From the NCBI GenBank assembly GCA_028534125.1, contig CM052819.1, positions 105,524,001-105,588,000 on the forward strand: a stretch of DNA of 64,000 nt, given 5' to 3'. The notes beneath the pieces were generated by a model. It saw only the letters and a program-made list of their open reading frames with translations, was not told the DNA's origin and searched no databases. Position 1 is the stretch's first letter, and each line of letters starts with the position of its first letter. This document shows positions 46,561 to 58,931 of the stretch, one piece after another. The DNA is from Lama glama (taxonomy: Eukaryota). Made by a program: the position numbers and the translations under genes.

Positions 46561-49500
46561 GTGAGCGGGCGGGGCGTGGGGACGAGGGGGCGGGGGGGCG
46601 GGGCGGGCGAGGTCGACCTTCCCACCCACCCCCGCCCGTGGCCGGTCCCTCCCCCACGAAGTCCGCCCCTTTCCCCGCAGGTCGGCCCCCCTGGCTCCCC
46701 CACGTCGCTCCCCCGACGTCGGCCCGCCGGGTGGGCCCCGTGACCCCCCTGACCGCCGCTCCACTCCCGCAGGTGCTGTCCGGATGCGGCGTCTACGACG
46801 GGACTGAGCTCCACGAGGCCTCATCGTAAGCCTCTGGGCCGCTCGTGGTCGGGAGGGCGGTCCTCCTCTGAACCGTTGGCAGAAACCCGTCTCCTGATTC
46901 GAGAGGCGGAGATGACTGACGCGACACAGGGAGGCGCGAGCGGAAACGTGTGAATCACGCGTGTGAAATACAGGGAGACACAGAACGAGCTTTTAGTGAT
47001 GCTGTCCCTCAGCGGGAACCGCTTCACACCCCCGTCTGCTGTTTTTCCACCCCCCGCTGTTGGAATCACACTGTCCTGCGTTTTGGAACCAGAGCTATTT
47101 TCTATCTTTACGGCGCGGTTTTAAGGGCTGTGCAGCCGCCTCTGTAGATGAGTGTCACTGATGTAACCTGTCAGCTGTTGCTCAGTAGTTTGCATTTTGA
47201 TTTTTTATTTACTTAGAAGTTCCTGTGAGCGTGACGGTGGGGACTGTCAAGTTTGGCGTCTAAGTTGTGGGGGAGAGCTAGGTAGTGGTTGGGGAACACC
47301 CCCGTCCCAAGCCCAGGGCCTCTTTGGTACCCAGAGGAGCCAGAGGCTGGTAACTATGCACGGCTGCCCAGCCTTCTCATTGGGAATGGCCAGCACGTGC
47401 TGGTGTTGGCCAGACATGTCGCGAACTTTGGAGTGTGCTGGGCTGGTGGGGGCAGAGGGCCAGACGAGTTTCCTGATGGAGGCTGGGAGAGGGGGCACGA
47501 GAGGAGGAGGCTGGAGTAGCCGCCAGCAGCTTAAAACCTTCCCAGCAGAGCAAGGAGTTGTGTGTGTGTCTGAGAGGTTCCGAGGAGCAGCGTCCAAGTC
47601 CAGGTGGTCCTAGCCCTGCCAGTGAAGGGCTGTGACCTTGGGGTCACACTCTTGTGCTTCCTCCTTGCCTGTAAGGGGGTAGTGACAGCACTCCCTGTCT
47701 GTAAGGGGGGGATGGGTTCCCTGCTGGCATTTGGACTTAGGCCTGGCACAGAGCAACCCTTGGTAAATGCTGCCTCTGGGGGCAGGGACAGAGGCAGGTA
47801 GTCCACAGCCCTCAGGAATGCCTGCGTGTCCCCACTCCTTTGACGGGAGTGGAGACCAGGAACTGATCTCACCTTGGAGACCAAAAGCTCTCAAACCCTC
47901 AAGGCCATCGTCGATGGGCCTGTTGGGGGAAGAGTGCCCCAGAGTAGCCTAGGAACCCAAATACCCAGGCTGTGACACCAGCCGGATCACCTGTCTCTGC
48001 GCCCTGGTTTGCAAAGGGAGCTTCAGGGCTCAGTGGTCTTCATAGACAGTTCAGTGACATTACACTCAAACGGTTGTTAGTAAGCCAACCATAATTTTTT
48101 GCAAAGTAAACAGAGGTTAACTTAGGAAAGGGGTTTCTAGTTGTCACTCAGCTAAAACTCTTTTTATAAAAACCCATTGTAAGGTAAAGCTGGATTGGGC
48201 ACACGTCAGAGACTTGTCTGATTTCTTCCCGGGCAGGATCCTGGTTCACCTGAGCCGTGGTGGGGCCGAGGTCCAGATCTTTGCTCCTGACATCTCTCAG
48301 ATGCACGTGATTGACCACACAAAGGGGCAGCCTTCTGAGGGTGAGAGCAGGTATGTGCCCCCACTCACCCTGGGATGTGCACGGCGGTGAGTTGAAACTC
48401 CCTGAGATCCTGCACACAGTTACTTCATCTTAGCTGGGAGCCAAGTCCATATTCTGGTGGACTTCAGAGCAGCAGTCCTCAGGCTGTTCTGTGATAAAGC
48501 TCTGAGCCTTGGAATGTTCTTCACCTTCCAGTGCTGCCAAAAGAGTGAAGGAAAATTCCCACTGAGTGAGCCCCTCGTACCTTCATTTTGACCAGAGGCG
48601 TGTGTGTGCATCTGGTCACGAACCTCATTCACCTGTTTGGGCCCCAAGTGTCTTTGAGCAGCTCCTAGAAGCGTTTCTGTCCCTTAGGGTGTGCAGTCCT
48701 GGCCTTGTGTCCTCTAAGACCCACCTCTCCCCTCCTGCCCTGCCTGGACTGCAGGCTGTGGTTCCCAAGTGCCTTCCAGATGGGGCGGTGGGGAGAAGCG
48801 GCTCTGACTCCTGGGGGCTGCGGTCCCCCTGGCCAGACACTGGCCCGGGGCTGCACAGCCTGGGCTCACAGGGGCTCCTTTCGTGGCCAGTCCTGGGGCT
48901 GTTTCGCTTGTCCCTCGAGGATGCTTCTTAGCTGTCCTCGCGCTGTTCCATCATCTGCCAGTTCCTTGCATCGTGTGCCGTCTGCTCAGGTGTGCGGAAG
49001 GGTTCCCGTCTTCCTGGTGGCCCTGACCGACCAGGAGGCTGCATAATCTGGGGAGGTTCTTAAGTGCCAGTCTGATCTGAGCACAGAGCCAGGTCCCTGT
49101 GGCTGTGGCACCTTTCCTGGAAAGCGACCCCGGCCTGTGAGTGCGCTTCCCCAGGCTGGGAGAGTGCATCCTCCTGTCCCGTGCTGGGCTCCTCCCACCT
49201 GTCTCCCGTCTGCCCCTCCATCTGTTGTCTGTCGGCGCACTGAACCTTTCTGGGGGCCTTTCTCTTCTCTTTTCCAGGAACGTTCTGACAGAGTCGGCAA
49301 GGATTGCCCGTGGCAAGATCACCGACCTGGCCAAGCTCCGTGCCGCTGACCACGACGCTGCCATCTTCCCCGGGGGCTTCGGAGCTGCCAAAAACTTGTG
49401 CGTGTTCCAGCTCGGATCCCTCTGCTTTTCCCCTGGAGCGTTAGAGGGGGACGCGGTGGTGACGGGAGCCGCTGCTGGGGGGTCAGCCAGGCGGTGGTGG

Positions 49501-52500
49501 AGCTGCTCTGTGACCAGGAACCTATGGGAGGAGGCTTGGCTGCATTTCCTCGGCTTCTTCCTGAGCGCGCAGGTGGAGCCTGGCCGGTGGGGCCTGGCCG
49601 CTGCTGGGGACACGGGCGCCCTCTGAGCGAGGTGCCATGTGGAGTCTGATCACAGCAAAACCACTCTCCCCACATGTGTGTGTGCTCCCCATGGTCACCA
49701 GCTCTCCTGTGGACCTTGTGGTGCAGAAAACTGCTTTTCCGGTGGGGCTGTTTGGATGACGGTCCTGACGGGGAAGGGTGTCCTTTCTCAGGCTGCTCTT
49801 TGGGTTTCTGCCATGATAAGTGGACCTTCTCCTGGAGGCTGTGAGGTGCTTTGGGCTCCAGGTCATTATTCTGTTCTCTCGTTCCTCGCCCTCCTCCCGC
49901 TCTGGCCTTGCGGTCCCGGCACATCCCTCCCAAAGTGGTGCAGGGCTGCTGCTCTGGAGACAGAAGGGTTCACCTGCAGCTGTCACGGGGCGAGAAGATG
50001 TGAAGCAGCTGTGTCCTGCGGTTTTGGGGTTTTAAACATAGTGCAGTGTGCGTACCACCTGGACTACGCACGTACAGACGGAAACAACAGACCCGTAAAT
50101 CAGGTGTTCTCCTGTGTCACGGATGAGAATGTTGCTCCGTCCCAGGCCCGGGGCCTCTGGTGACACAGTGCCTGGCTGTGACCTCAGGCAGACAGTGCAC
50201 CCCGGAGCGAGGGCAGAGGTGGTTCTGATCCCTGAAGTCCAGCTCTGCTCTTGGCCCTTCCGCCTCCTGGCACCTCACGGGCCCCCTCTGCTTGCGGGCG
50301 TCACCAGAACACCGCCTTTCTCCAGGTTTCCACTCATTTTCCCACAGTCCTTCCTCCCTCTGGGACCACTGGCCCTCCTCTTGTGCACCCCTCTCCCCAT
50401 ATCCAGCCTCTGGAGTGCTCTCTCCGTGTCACCGTCCTCGTCAGCCTCCTGGCAGGAAACAGTGGGTCATTTCCTGCAGCTGAACTTGTGCTTCCAGCGC
50501 AACCAGGGTTTCTTTCTCTGAAGGATGAGCTGGATTCACAAACCTGTCACCTCCCCTCGGCCCTTAGATCTTGTCTGGGGTGAGGGTAGTTTGAGGGTCT
50601 GTTGGGGGTTGGCTGGGAGATGGCAGAGCTCCTCTGTGACCAGGAGCCCATGGGAGGGGTCTGGCGTGAGGGTAGTTAGAGGGTCGGCTGGGATGTGTTC
50701 CTGGCGTGGCTGACCCACCTCGGGTGACGGAGGAGTGCCGGCTCCAGGAGCCCTGGGTTGCGGTGGGCTGCGTTGGCGCGCGAGGAAGCAGGGCTTCGGA
50801 TACGTTTGCACATGTGTGAGCTCACACCCCTGGGGAAGCTGCAGCCTGTGGCCGCTGCTCCCATTCTGACCTTTCCAAAGAAATGCCGGCTCCGCATTGG
50901 TGGTCTCCTGAGTGGCAGGCAGTGGGCAGCAGGCAAGGTCGGTGTGACAGATGTCCACTGTGGAAACCCAGGTCCTCCTGTGGACCCTTCCCTGGTACCG
51001 TTGCTGGCTTTTTATTTCCGAGAGGTTGAGCCATACGGCTGTGTTAAAGATCCAGCCAAACGGTAGCTTCTGTTCTGCGCTGCGTGTTTTCACATAGCTC
51101 TGCAGCTCGTCCATTAATTGTCTGACAGCTGCACATGTGGACCCCACTGCGTGAGCCCCCCAGCGCTGATGGGGGCTCGTGGCCTCCAGTCCTCTTTCAT
51201 CCTCGTGGCTTTTTGGAGGTGAGAGTGACGCATGTGTGTTTAAAGTGTAGAATCTGACCCACTTTGAGACGCATACACACCCTGAGAAGCCAGCCCCACG
51301 GCACGGTAGCGAGCACCCAGCATGCCCATGAGTTGTCCTGTCCTGGGCGCTCAACCACCAGGCACCCGGGGCAGAGGCATCGACCCCAAGAACAGGAAGC
51401 AGAGCTCTTGGCAAACAGGTGTGGTCTTTGACATTTGCTGAGTCTCAGCAATTTATCTTCCCAAGAGGTGGTACCGGTGCGAGCCTGCCAGCCAGAGGAA
51501 GACCACTGCAGACACCTCAGCATCTTGCTGTCGGGAGAGAGAGGAGGGGTCCTGTGCACTCTGCATCTCTTCCCCTTGCTGCGAGGTGCAGTTTCCATCG
51601 CTGGTGGCACATCTTGTTGCTCCACGATTGATGGATCGACCCCCAAGGACCGTGTGGGCGTAGCTCAGGGCCTGAGCCCCCACCAACTTGGGGCAGCTTC
51701 CCTGTTCACCTTTGCCGTCCCCCCTCCTTTTTCTTTCTATGCTACTTTATATTTTAAAAAACAAAAGAAAGATGTATGATTATGTAAAAGGCCACATACG
51801 CGTACTTGCACACACACTTGTTAATTACTCCTGTTGCTGAGAAGTTAAGGGAACACGGGGCCCCTGGGGTGGACTGGGGGCTCCCCACACAGGCGTGGGG
51901 CTCCGAGATCTCAGGAGGCCTCTTCTCTCGTGGCAGGAGCACGTTCGCCGTGGACGGGAAAGACTGCCGGGTGGACCGAGACGTGGAGCGCGTCCTGAAG
52001 GAGTTCCACCAGGCCGGGAAGCCCATCGGGTGCGTGCGCCGCGCGGCCTGCAGGGTGGGGGCGGCGGCCGGGCGCACTGCGGGAGCTGCTGCTCTGAGCT
52101 GTGTGCTTTTGGAAACTCGGCCCCTTTCCTCTTTATAACCCAGGGGGTTTCATGCGATGTCACAGGTGCCTTCCAGCTCTGAAAATTCTGTGGTTATGTG
52201 GTTATAGTAATTTCTCCTGATGACCTAGTTGGGGGCAGGGGCAGTTCTGTCAGCGTCCAGCAGAGTATCCATCCCTGCCTGGCCTGCGCCTGGCTGCCGC
52301 CTTCCTGACACGGCTCGGAGCGGCCCCTCAGCTGCTGCCCCGTTGGTGCTCTGCCACCGCTGCCACGGGCATCGTCTCCTACACCCGTGGCTCTTGATTG
52401 CTTTCCCTGGGGGCCACGGGCCAATCCTTCTCTGCTGCCCCAGGACTGGGTTCTGTTGCAGCTGCATGCTGGGCCACATCACGAGTCCAGCCACAGCCCA

Positions 52501-55500
52501 TGCCTGGACCCCTGTCCTCAGCCTGGTGAGGTCGGCCGTAACCACACCCGGAGGCCCCAGAAACAAGTGATGGCGACTCCGCTGTCAGACCTGCTGGTCC
52601 GGTGGCCCTTCCCACCAGCGTCCCAGCAGGGGCTCCTTGTCCTGCTCTGACTTGAGTGTCCCAGGGCGGTGCTGGAGCAAGTGGCTGCAGGCTTGGGGTC
52701 GTTCCTGGCTGGGGAGGCCTCTCAGCAGCGCCGTGGTGAGCAGGCCCTCTGCCAGGTGGCTCGCTGCCTTTTATCATCCGACTGGAAAGGAACGAGGTTA
52801 CCAGTCTGACTGGGGCACGGAGACTGGAGGGGACGGGCCCCACCAGGGGTCAGCGTCCTTCATGGACCCACTGTCACCACTGGGGGCCCTGCCCGGTCAG
52901 CCCGCAGACGCACCTCCCGCTTCCCCCTCCGTGCCCCTGGGTACAGAGGAGCTGGTGCCCAGGGAGGGAGGGAGGTCGGTCGCCTCCTGGGACGCCTCAT
53001 GGGGGCAGCACTTGTTCATGCAGGCGGGCACCAGGGAGGGCCCCAGTGCCCGCCCTCTGTGGTGGATTCAGCAGCACGACAGACAGGACAGATGCTGAGC
53101 AGATTGGCCCCCTCACTGCGGGCATCCCGCCCACTCGATTGCACAGATGGAGAGCAGCCCGCTCCCCTGGGTGGGGCGCAGGATGGGGACACTGCACGTA
53201 CCCACCGCCCTGTGTCATTAGGGCCCTGTTCAGCTCCTCCTGCAGCGCTTTGCTCGGCCTTCTCTTTCCAGCAGCCGTAGCATTATCCCGCCTCTGGCAG
53301 GCCCCCTTCCCAGGCCAGGTGCACCGAGCCGTCCCGCCACTCCACTGCACAGACAGAGCGTGGGGTTCCACGGCTCTGCCGCCTGCCTGGTGCGTCCCTC
53401 CCCCAGCGCGGGAGCGTTGGTGTTCACAGCCAGAGACGGCCGGGCAGCCTGAATGGCCAGACTGGAGGCTCATGGCGTGGCCTTCATCTTTGGAGATCGC
53501 CCACCGCACGTTGGGCGCCTGTGAAACCTCGCGACCCAGCAGGCTCCCAAGGTGTCAGTTCCAGTGACGTCTCACCCATTTGGGTCTGAAGAGGTTTATC
53601 TCAGGTCCCTAAGTAGAGGTTGTTCAGGTGTCACGACGTGCAGCAAGTGTGTGAACACATTTGTATGATGTTTTATTCCAGCTCGTTACAGCAGCTTGGA
53701 CATGGGGCCTTTGAAGGCAATACAGAGAGCCAGAACCAGGAGGCAGGGGTGCAGCCCCCCTGGGGAGGGGGCCGTCCCTGACAGGTGCATGACGGGCCAG
53801 CCTGGCCTGGTGCTGCTGTGGCTCATGTCCCGTGTGTCCTCTTGGGGACAGGACACTGGTGGGCCCTTGGCTCCCGGAAGCCTTGGTTTTGGCTAAACTG
53901 ATGGGCTCATGATCTTCTGGTCTGGAGACCCCCTGGTGAAGAGCAGGTCCTCGGAGGAACCCTGGGGACAGGCGTCCAGTGTGAACTTGCAGGGCTCAGG
54001 GTCCCGGGACGGCCTGTCTGTGGGGAGGGGAGGGCTCAGTGCTCTGCAGGGTCGAGCTCCCCGGGCTCTTGCGCCCCCGTCCAGTCCCTACAGCTGTGCT
54101 TCTCTGCTTCCACGTGACCAGTGACCTTCAATCTGGAGCCGAAGACAACTCGGCCATCTGTGGCCTCCTCTCTTAAGTCAGCCTCCCCGCTCTGGACACC
54201 ACATCAGGTTCCTGGTGCACATCCAGCAGCTGGGCTCAGCTAGCCTCCCTCCATGGCTGCCCCGCCAGCACCGGGTGCCCAGAGGCTCCCCCAGCTCCAC
54301 CATCGCCACCGCTGCGGGCAACCCAGGGTCAGGGGTCAGCCTCCAGCCCTCAGAACTGTCCTCCGCCCCCATGGCACTAGGGTAGTGCCCCTTTTCCAGA
54401 TCAGCCGTGTTGTCCGAGTGGCCTTGCCGTGCCCCAGCCCAATGTCCACACGCACAAGCCTGAGCCGACCCTCTTCTCTTCATCTTTCAGCTTGTGCTGC
54501 ATCGCCCCTGTCCTCGCGGCCAAAGTGCTGAGTGGCATCGAGGTCACTGTGGGCCACGAGCAGGAGGAAGGCGGCAGGTGGCCATACGCTGGGACTGCGG
54601 AGGCCATCAAAGCCCTGGGCGCCAAGCACTGTGTGAAGGAAGTGACCATATCCTTCCAGCATCCAGAGCGGCATGGGGGACCCCTGGCGCCTCCGTGCTG
54701 CCCTGCAGGGGGTGCCCAGGGCATGTGTGTGATGGGACGTAGTACCCGAGGTGGTGACGCCTCCATCGTCTCATGCTGAGTTCCCAAGTCCCTGCAGTGA
54801 CGCTGGCTGAGCACAGCACACCCCAGGCCCACAGTACGTTCAGTTGGGCAAGGAGACAGCCTTGGGCCTGAGGGGGATGACCCTGTGGTGCAGAGGCTGG
54901 GGTGCTGCCTGGAGGTGGAGGGAGAAGGAGTGCCCCTTGGCAGGGTGGAAGGAGTTTGGGGGATTGGGGGCTTCCTGTCTTTATTTGGGAGAAGTTCCCT
55001 GGGTGATGTGGATGGATTGCTGCGCCAGGCAGCCTCATCACCTCTGTCCCGTGAGTGGGTCTTCTGTGTTGGGAGGTGGTGGACTGAGGGTGCCAGGGTA
55101 CTGGGGCAGAGATCTGTGGGCTTGGAGAGCCTCAGGCCACAGGCTGACCACCGTCCTGGTCCGCATCTGGACGCAGAGGGTCTCCATGTGGGCCGGAGTT
55201 GGGACAGAGCAGCACACTGCCTGAGGAGGTGCTGGAGGCCAGCCCGTTACCCTCTGGATGTCTGTCCCAAAGGGCATCTGTCCGAAGGGGGCTTGCTCTC
55301 CTAGGGTTTGTGTCTCCTTGCGGGCGGTTTCAGGTGTAAGTGTCCACCTCCCTTCAGCGTAGGGTGGCCAGCCCTGGGGCCTTGGCTTGAGTCCAGGGAG
55401 CGGGTCTGAGGGTGGAGGCGAGGCTGGGTGTGGGTGATGTGGGGCAGGAGCCTGATGGGGTCAAGGGTGGGTCCCGGGTCGGGCTGCCCATGGTGGTCGT

Positions 55501-55924
55501 GGCAGGCGCTCACACAGGCTAAGTGTGGCTTCTTGATCTGAAAGATGCGGGGCTGCCTCCGCCTTCAGGGTCGTGGGCTCCTGGCAGTGCTGGCACCTGG
55601 CCTGGCTCTGTGGGGTGCTGGTCCCTGAGCCTGCTGCCGGGACACCTGTTACCGGCTCTCCCAGAGGTGGCACAGGTGGTGCAGAATGACCCTTCCTGGT
55701 GATGGCGGGGCGGGACACACGTCTGTGGCGGTGGCTGGGGCTGCTTTCCGCCAGACCCCCTCGCTGCGGGATGGGTTTCCCTAACTCGTGTGCACGAAGC
55801 TCACGTGGACCGGAAGAACAAGGTGGTCACCACGCCGGCCTTCATGTGCGACACCGCGCTGCACCACGTCCACGACGGGACCGGGGCCATGGTGAAGGAG
55901 GTGCTGGAGCTCGCCCGAAAGTGA
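46402..55924 (+). CDS. GATD3: GATD3 (C21orf33/ES1 homolog), mitochondrial DJ-1/PfpI-like class I glutamine amidotransferase-like protein, 7 exons, 274 aa
   Basis: Exons 46402-46560, 46773-46825, 48237-48350, 49278-49397, 51937-52029, 54491-54647, 55796-55924 sum to 825 nt; motifs [37 protein letters not shown]. Confidence 0.96.
46773..46825 (+). CDS. GATD3: GATD3 exon 2
   Basis: [17 protein letters not shown]; GTAAG donor. Confidence 0.95.
48237..48350 (+). CDS. GATD3: GATD3 exon 3
   Basis: [37 protein letters not shown]. Confidence 0.95.
49278..49397 (+). CDS. GATD3: GATD3 exon 4
   Basis: [17 protein letters not shown]...PGGFGAAKN. Confidence 0.95.
51937..52029 (+). CDS. GATD3: GATD3 exon 5
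   Basis: [30 protein letters not shown]. Confidence 0.95.
54491..54647 (+). CDS. GATD3: GATD3 exon 6
   Basis: [13 protein letters not shown]...AKHCVKEVT then ATATCCTT. Confidence 0.93.
54648..55795 (+). other. GATD3: U12-type AT-AC intron (last intron of GATD3)
   Basis: 5'ss ATATCCTTC; branch site TTTCCCTAAC 55776-55785; ends TGCAC; the join restores KEVT|EAHVD. Confidence 0.93.
55796..55924 (+). CDS. GATD3: GATD3 exon 7 coding part
   Basis: [42 protein letters not shown] then TGA. Confidence 0.93.
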   Translation, partial: EAHVDRKNKVVTTPAFMCDTALHHVHDGTGAMVKEVLELARK

Positions 55925-56500
55925 GGCCACCGCCGGGCCAGCTCGCGCCCTGGCCGATGGCTCCCCTCTCAGCTTGAGAGGGGCGGGACTTTATTTCTCT
56001 GCTTAAATCTGTGTTTTCTTTCTAAAGAGGGAGCTGGTGCCACATGGGTCAGGGGCAGACAGCGTGAGGCCTTTCCTCCTGGTGGGGAGGGCGGCGGGCA
56101 GTGGCCACTGGATCAGAGGCAGCCTCAGAATTGAAATCAAGTCTGCTTTTCAGCAGGAACCTCAGGTAGAGAGAGGTGACCCTGCAGCCCTAATAATCAG
56201 GAAACCAAAGTACCACGATTATCGCTAGTTAAAGACGCTCTGATCCGGAGCAGATAAGAGCTGATCAGGACAGTCGGGCTTTGTGGAGCAGGCATGCCCT
56301 TTGGCTGGTGAGAATGAGCCCCTCCCCCAGATGGACTCGGGCAGCCCCCTTTCAGGCCTCCTGGGACTGGCCGACTAGGAATATGCACGAAGCTTCTCAT
56401 GTTAGGGGTGGGCACTCAGCCGTGTGTCGGCCTGCGGGTGGGGCAGTGCAGTTGGCCCCGGGCCCCGAGCTGGGCGGATGGAAGATGGTGCAGGAGGAGC

Positions 56501-56506
56501 AATAAA
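56501..56506 (+). terminator. GATD3: GATD3 polyadenylation signal
   Basis: First AATAAA after the stop; GU/U-rich sequence downstream. Confidence 0.7.
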
Positions 56507-57109
56507 GTGTGGCAGCTCGTTGGCTGGTGCTTTCCTCAGTGTGTGGCTTCTGTTCCGGGAGAGAGCACGGTGGGGTGCTTCGTCCATCACAGTGCAGCCC
56601 CCTAGTCTGTCCTCCGTGACCCGGGATGGTGCCCTGGACGCATGGTACTACTGTGTTTTTGTCTGGTTTTGATAAAGCTGCTCAGGTCAGCGCTGCAGTC
56701 TGTTTAGTATGGCCCAGTTCACGCTGAGCCATGTGGCTGGGGCGCAGAGACACAGGTCCCCCATGCTGCACCCCTTCCCTCTGCCGTTATCAGGTGACGT
56801 GCTGGACATGCCTGCGGTGGGTTCCCGGAGTCTGAGGGCAGAGCAGGGCCTGTGGGAGGGACGGTAGAGCCCTGGTCCACAATCGCCGGTCCCCCCAGCT
56901 CCCCCGGTGTCGTGCGTCAGCTGGCCTCCGACATTTCTGGTCCTTCCTCCATGGGGGCTCCGTTCTCGTAGCCTGTCTCCCACGGAGCTGGGTCCTCTGG
57001 GACAGGAGCCCCGCGGCCCCACTGCAGGCACTGGCCACGCTGGCCATCATTGACCTCTCCTTTGCATGGCCCGTTGGAGGTCAGCGACTCCTTCCCGAGA
57101 AACGTGTTC

Positions 57110-57730
57110 ACTGAAACACTTTACAAATAAGCACACGTGTGTGCACATAGAATGCAAAATCACGCACCTTGGTGAGATTTCGTGGTGTGAACCGCTGCTC
57201 GGATCCAGGGTAAACAGCGTCACCAGCCTCAGGCCCCCCCCCCCGGCTCTGGGAGGAAGCCAGGCTGTGGCGCACGTCCCAGCTCCGAGCGCAGGGGGCC
57301 TGGCCGCATGACGTCTTGGCCCACGGGCACGGCCTCAGCGGGGCGGGGCGGGGCGGCGCGGCGGCTGCGGGCACGTCTGCTCGGCCGTGTCCCTGGCCAG
57401 CAGGGTGCCGGGTCCGGCCCTGGGGTCTGTCGGGCTTTTGTTTTTCACTCTCGTCACCCTGGTGGGTGTGAATGGCAGTTCCGTGGTTTCCTCTGCCTCT
57501 CCCTGGTGTCCGCTGAGGGCCACCACCTCTCTGTATGTTCCCTGGCCCTTTGGGGACCCTCTGGTGAAATGCCGGTTGGAGTCTCAGGCCATTTCCCTGT
57601 CAGTTGCCTGTCTTCCGTGACTGGAGTTCTGTGTGTCCGGGTTACAAGTCCTTTGTCTGTCACACGGACCGCACGTATTCGCCCACCTTGTCTTTCCACT
57701 CAGCGGCGTCTTGATGAGCAAACAGCCCTC
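57110..57730 (-). mobile_element. Old LINE-1 fragment, GC-shifted
   Basis: cacatagaatgcaaaatcacgcacctt...caccctggtgggtgtgaatggc...ctctggtgaaatgcc...acaagtcctttgtc. Confidence 0.55.
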
Positions 57731-58759
57731 ATCTAACGTGGGCCTGCTTACCACCCTCGTGGTGGTGGTTGTCGTCTGGGGAGGAGAACCCTTCCTCCCC
57801 AGGTGTGAGGGCACTCTCCTCAGTTACCCTCAGTCACCTGTGTTCACCATTGTTTTGCCTTCGTGAGCAGTTTGTCCAGGACTGACATCTGTGAGTCTCT
57901 CTGCTCTGTGTTTGGTTCTTCTCTTCTAGAAATGCCTGGGGATGTGGGGTGGAGCAGAGCCGGGTACAGCAGCCCGTGAGCCATCACTGCGAGGCCGCCC
58001 GGGCCCCACGTGCCTGGGGTCGTCCCCTCGGCCTCGGCCAGGGCGTCGTAGGTGCCGTAGGACAGTGTGCCTGAGGAGCAGAGCCGCGCTCGGAAACGGC
58101 AGGCCAGCTGGATTTCACCACCTCTCCTGCGGAAAGGGCCAAAGGGCAGGTGACCAGATGGTGAAGGGAGAACGCACCAGAAAGTCCCCAGAGAAACGCG
58201 TATGTGGTCACTTGACGTCGCGTGTTCACAGTCGTCTGTCCTGGACTTTTCCGTGTGAAGTACCCGATTGTCCCGTCCAGGATGGCTCACTGCGGTGGCG
58301 AAACAGGGAAAGCGAACACGCTGTCCTGTTGACGCTGTATCTGCCCACTTCATCCTGGTGCCAGCCCTGGGCGTGGATCCATGACTGGGGATTGAGCCCC
58401 CAGGCCCTGTACCCACGTTGGGTGGGCAGTTCCAGAACTGGGCTGGCCTTGGCCCTGCATGCTACCTGCCAGGTTCTTCCTGCTGCACCTCCGTAGGCGG
58501 CAGGCGCAGTGTCGGAAGCCCTGTCCCTTCTTGTTGGGCCTGGAAGTGCTCCGGTGAGAAGGGAGTGGGTGGGCTCTGGCGGGGGGGGCCGTGCTGTCTT
58601 TGGAGAGCTGCCACTGCTGCCTTGGTTGGGGCAAGGGGAGGCAGGTGCTCTCTGTGCTGTGTGCTGCAGCCCTGCCCAGGCCCAGGGCTGGTGTGCTCTG
58701 GAGTTGAGCACAAAGTCCCACAGTCCTGTTCTGAGGGGGGGTGGGGGTGGGCACACTGC

Positions 58760-58931
58760 ACATCTTTCTGACTGCAGAGTCTGTCAGCTGCACCAGCAAC
58801 TGAGTGGGGTAAGCGTGGGCAACCCTGGGGGAGACCCACCCAAACTGCAGGACCATGAGCAGTAAAAGGATAGTTGTTTTAAGCCACTAAGTTTTGGGGT
58901 GTTTGTTACACAGCAGGAGGTAACTGATACA
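58760..58931 (+). mobile_element. MaLR LTR 3' end (MLT1-like)
   Basis: gttgttttaagccactaagttttggggtgtttgttacacagca...taactgataca terminus. Confidence 0.8.

Larger units (their letters stand above)
46020..46980 (+). promoter_or_regulatory. GATD3: GATD3 CpG-island promoter
   Basis: Dense CpG; E-box CACGTG at 46053; two NRF1-like TGCGCAGGCGC plus GC-box modules at 46295 and 46346. Confidence 0.85.

Noticed and set aside
46132-46824. Antisense ORFs of 230 and 224 aa over GATD3 exon 1
   Set aside because: Same CpG-island artefact; they are antisense shadows of real exons.
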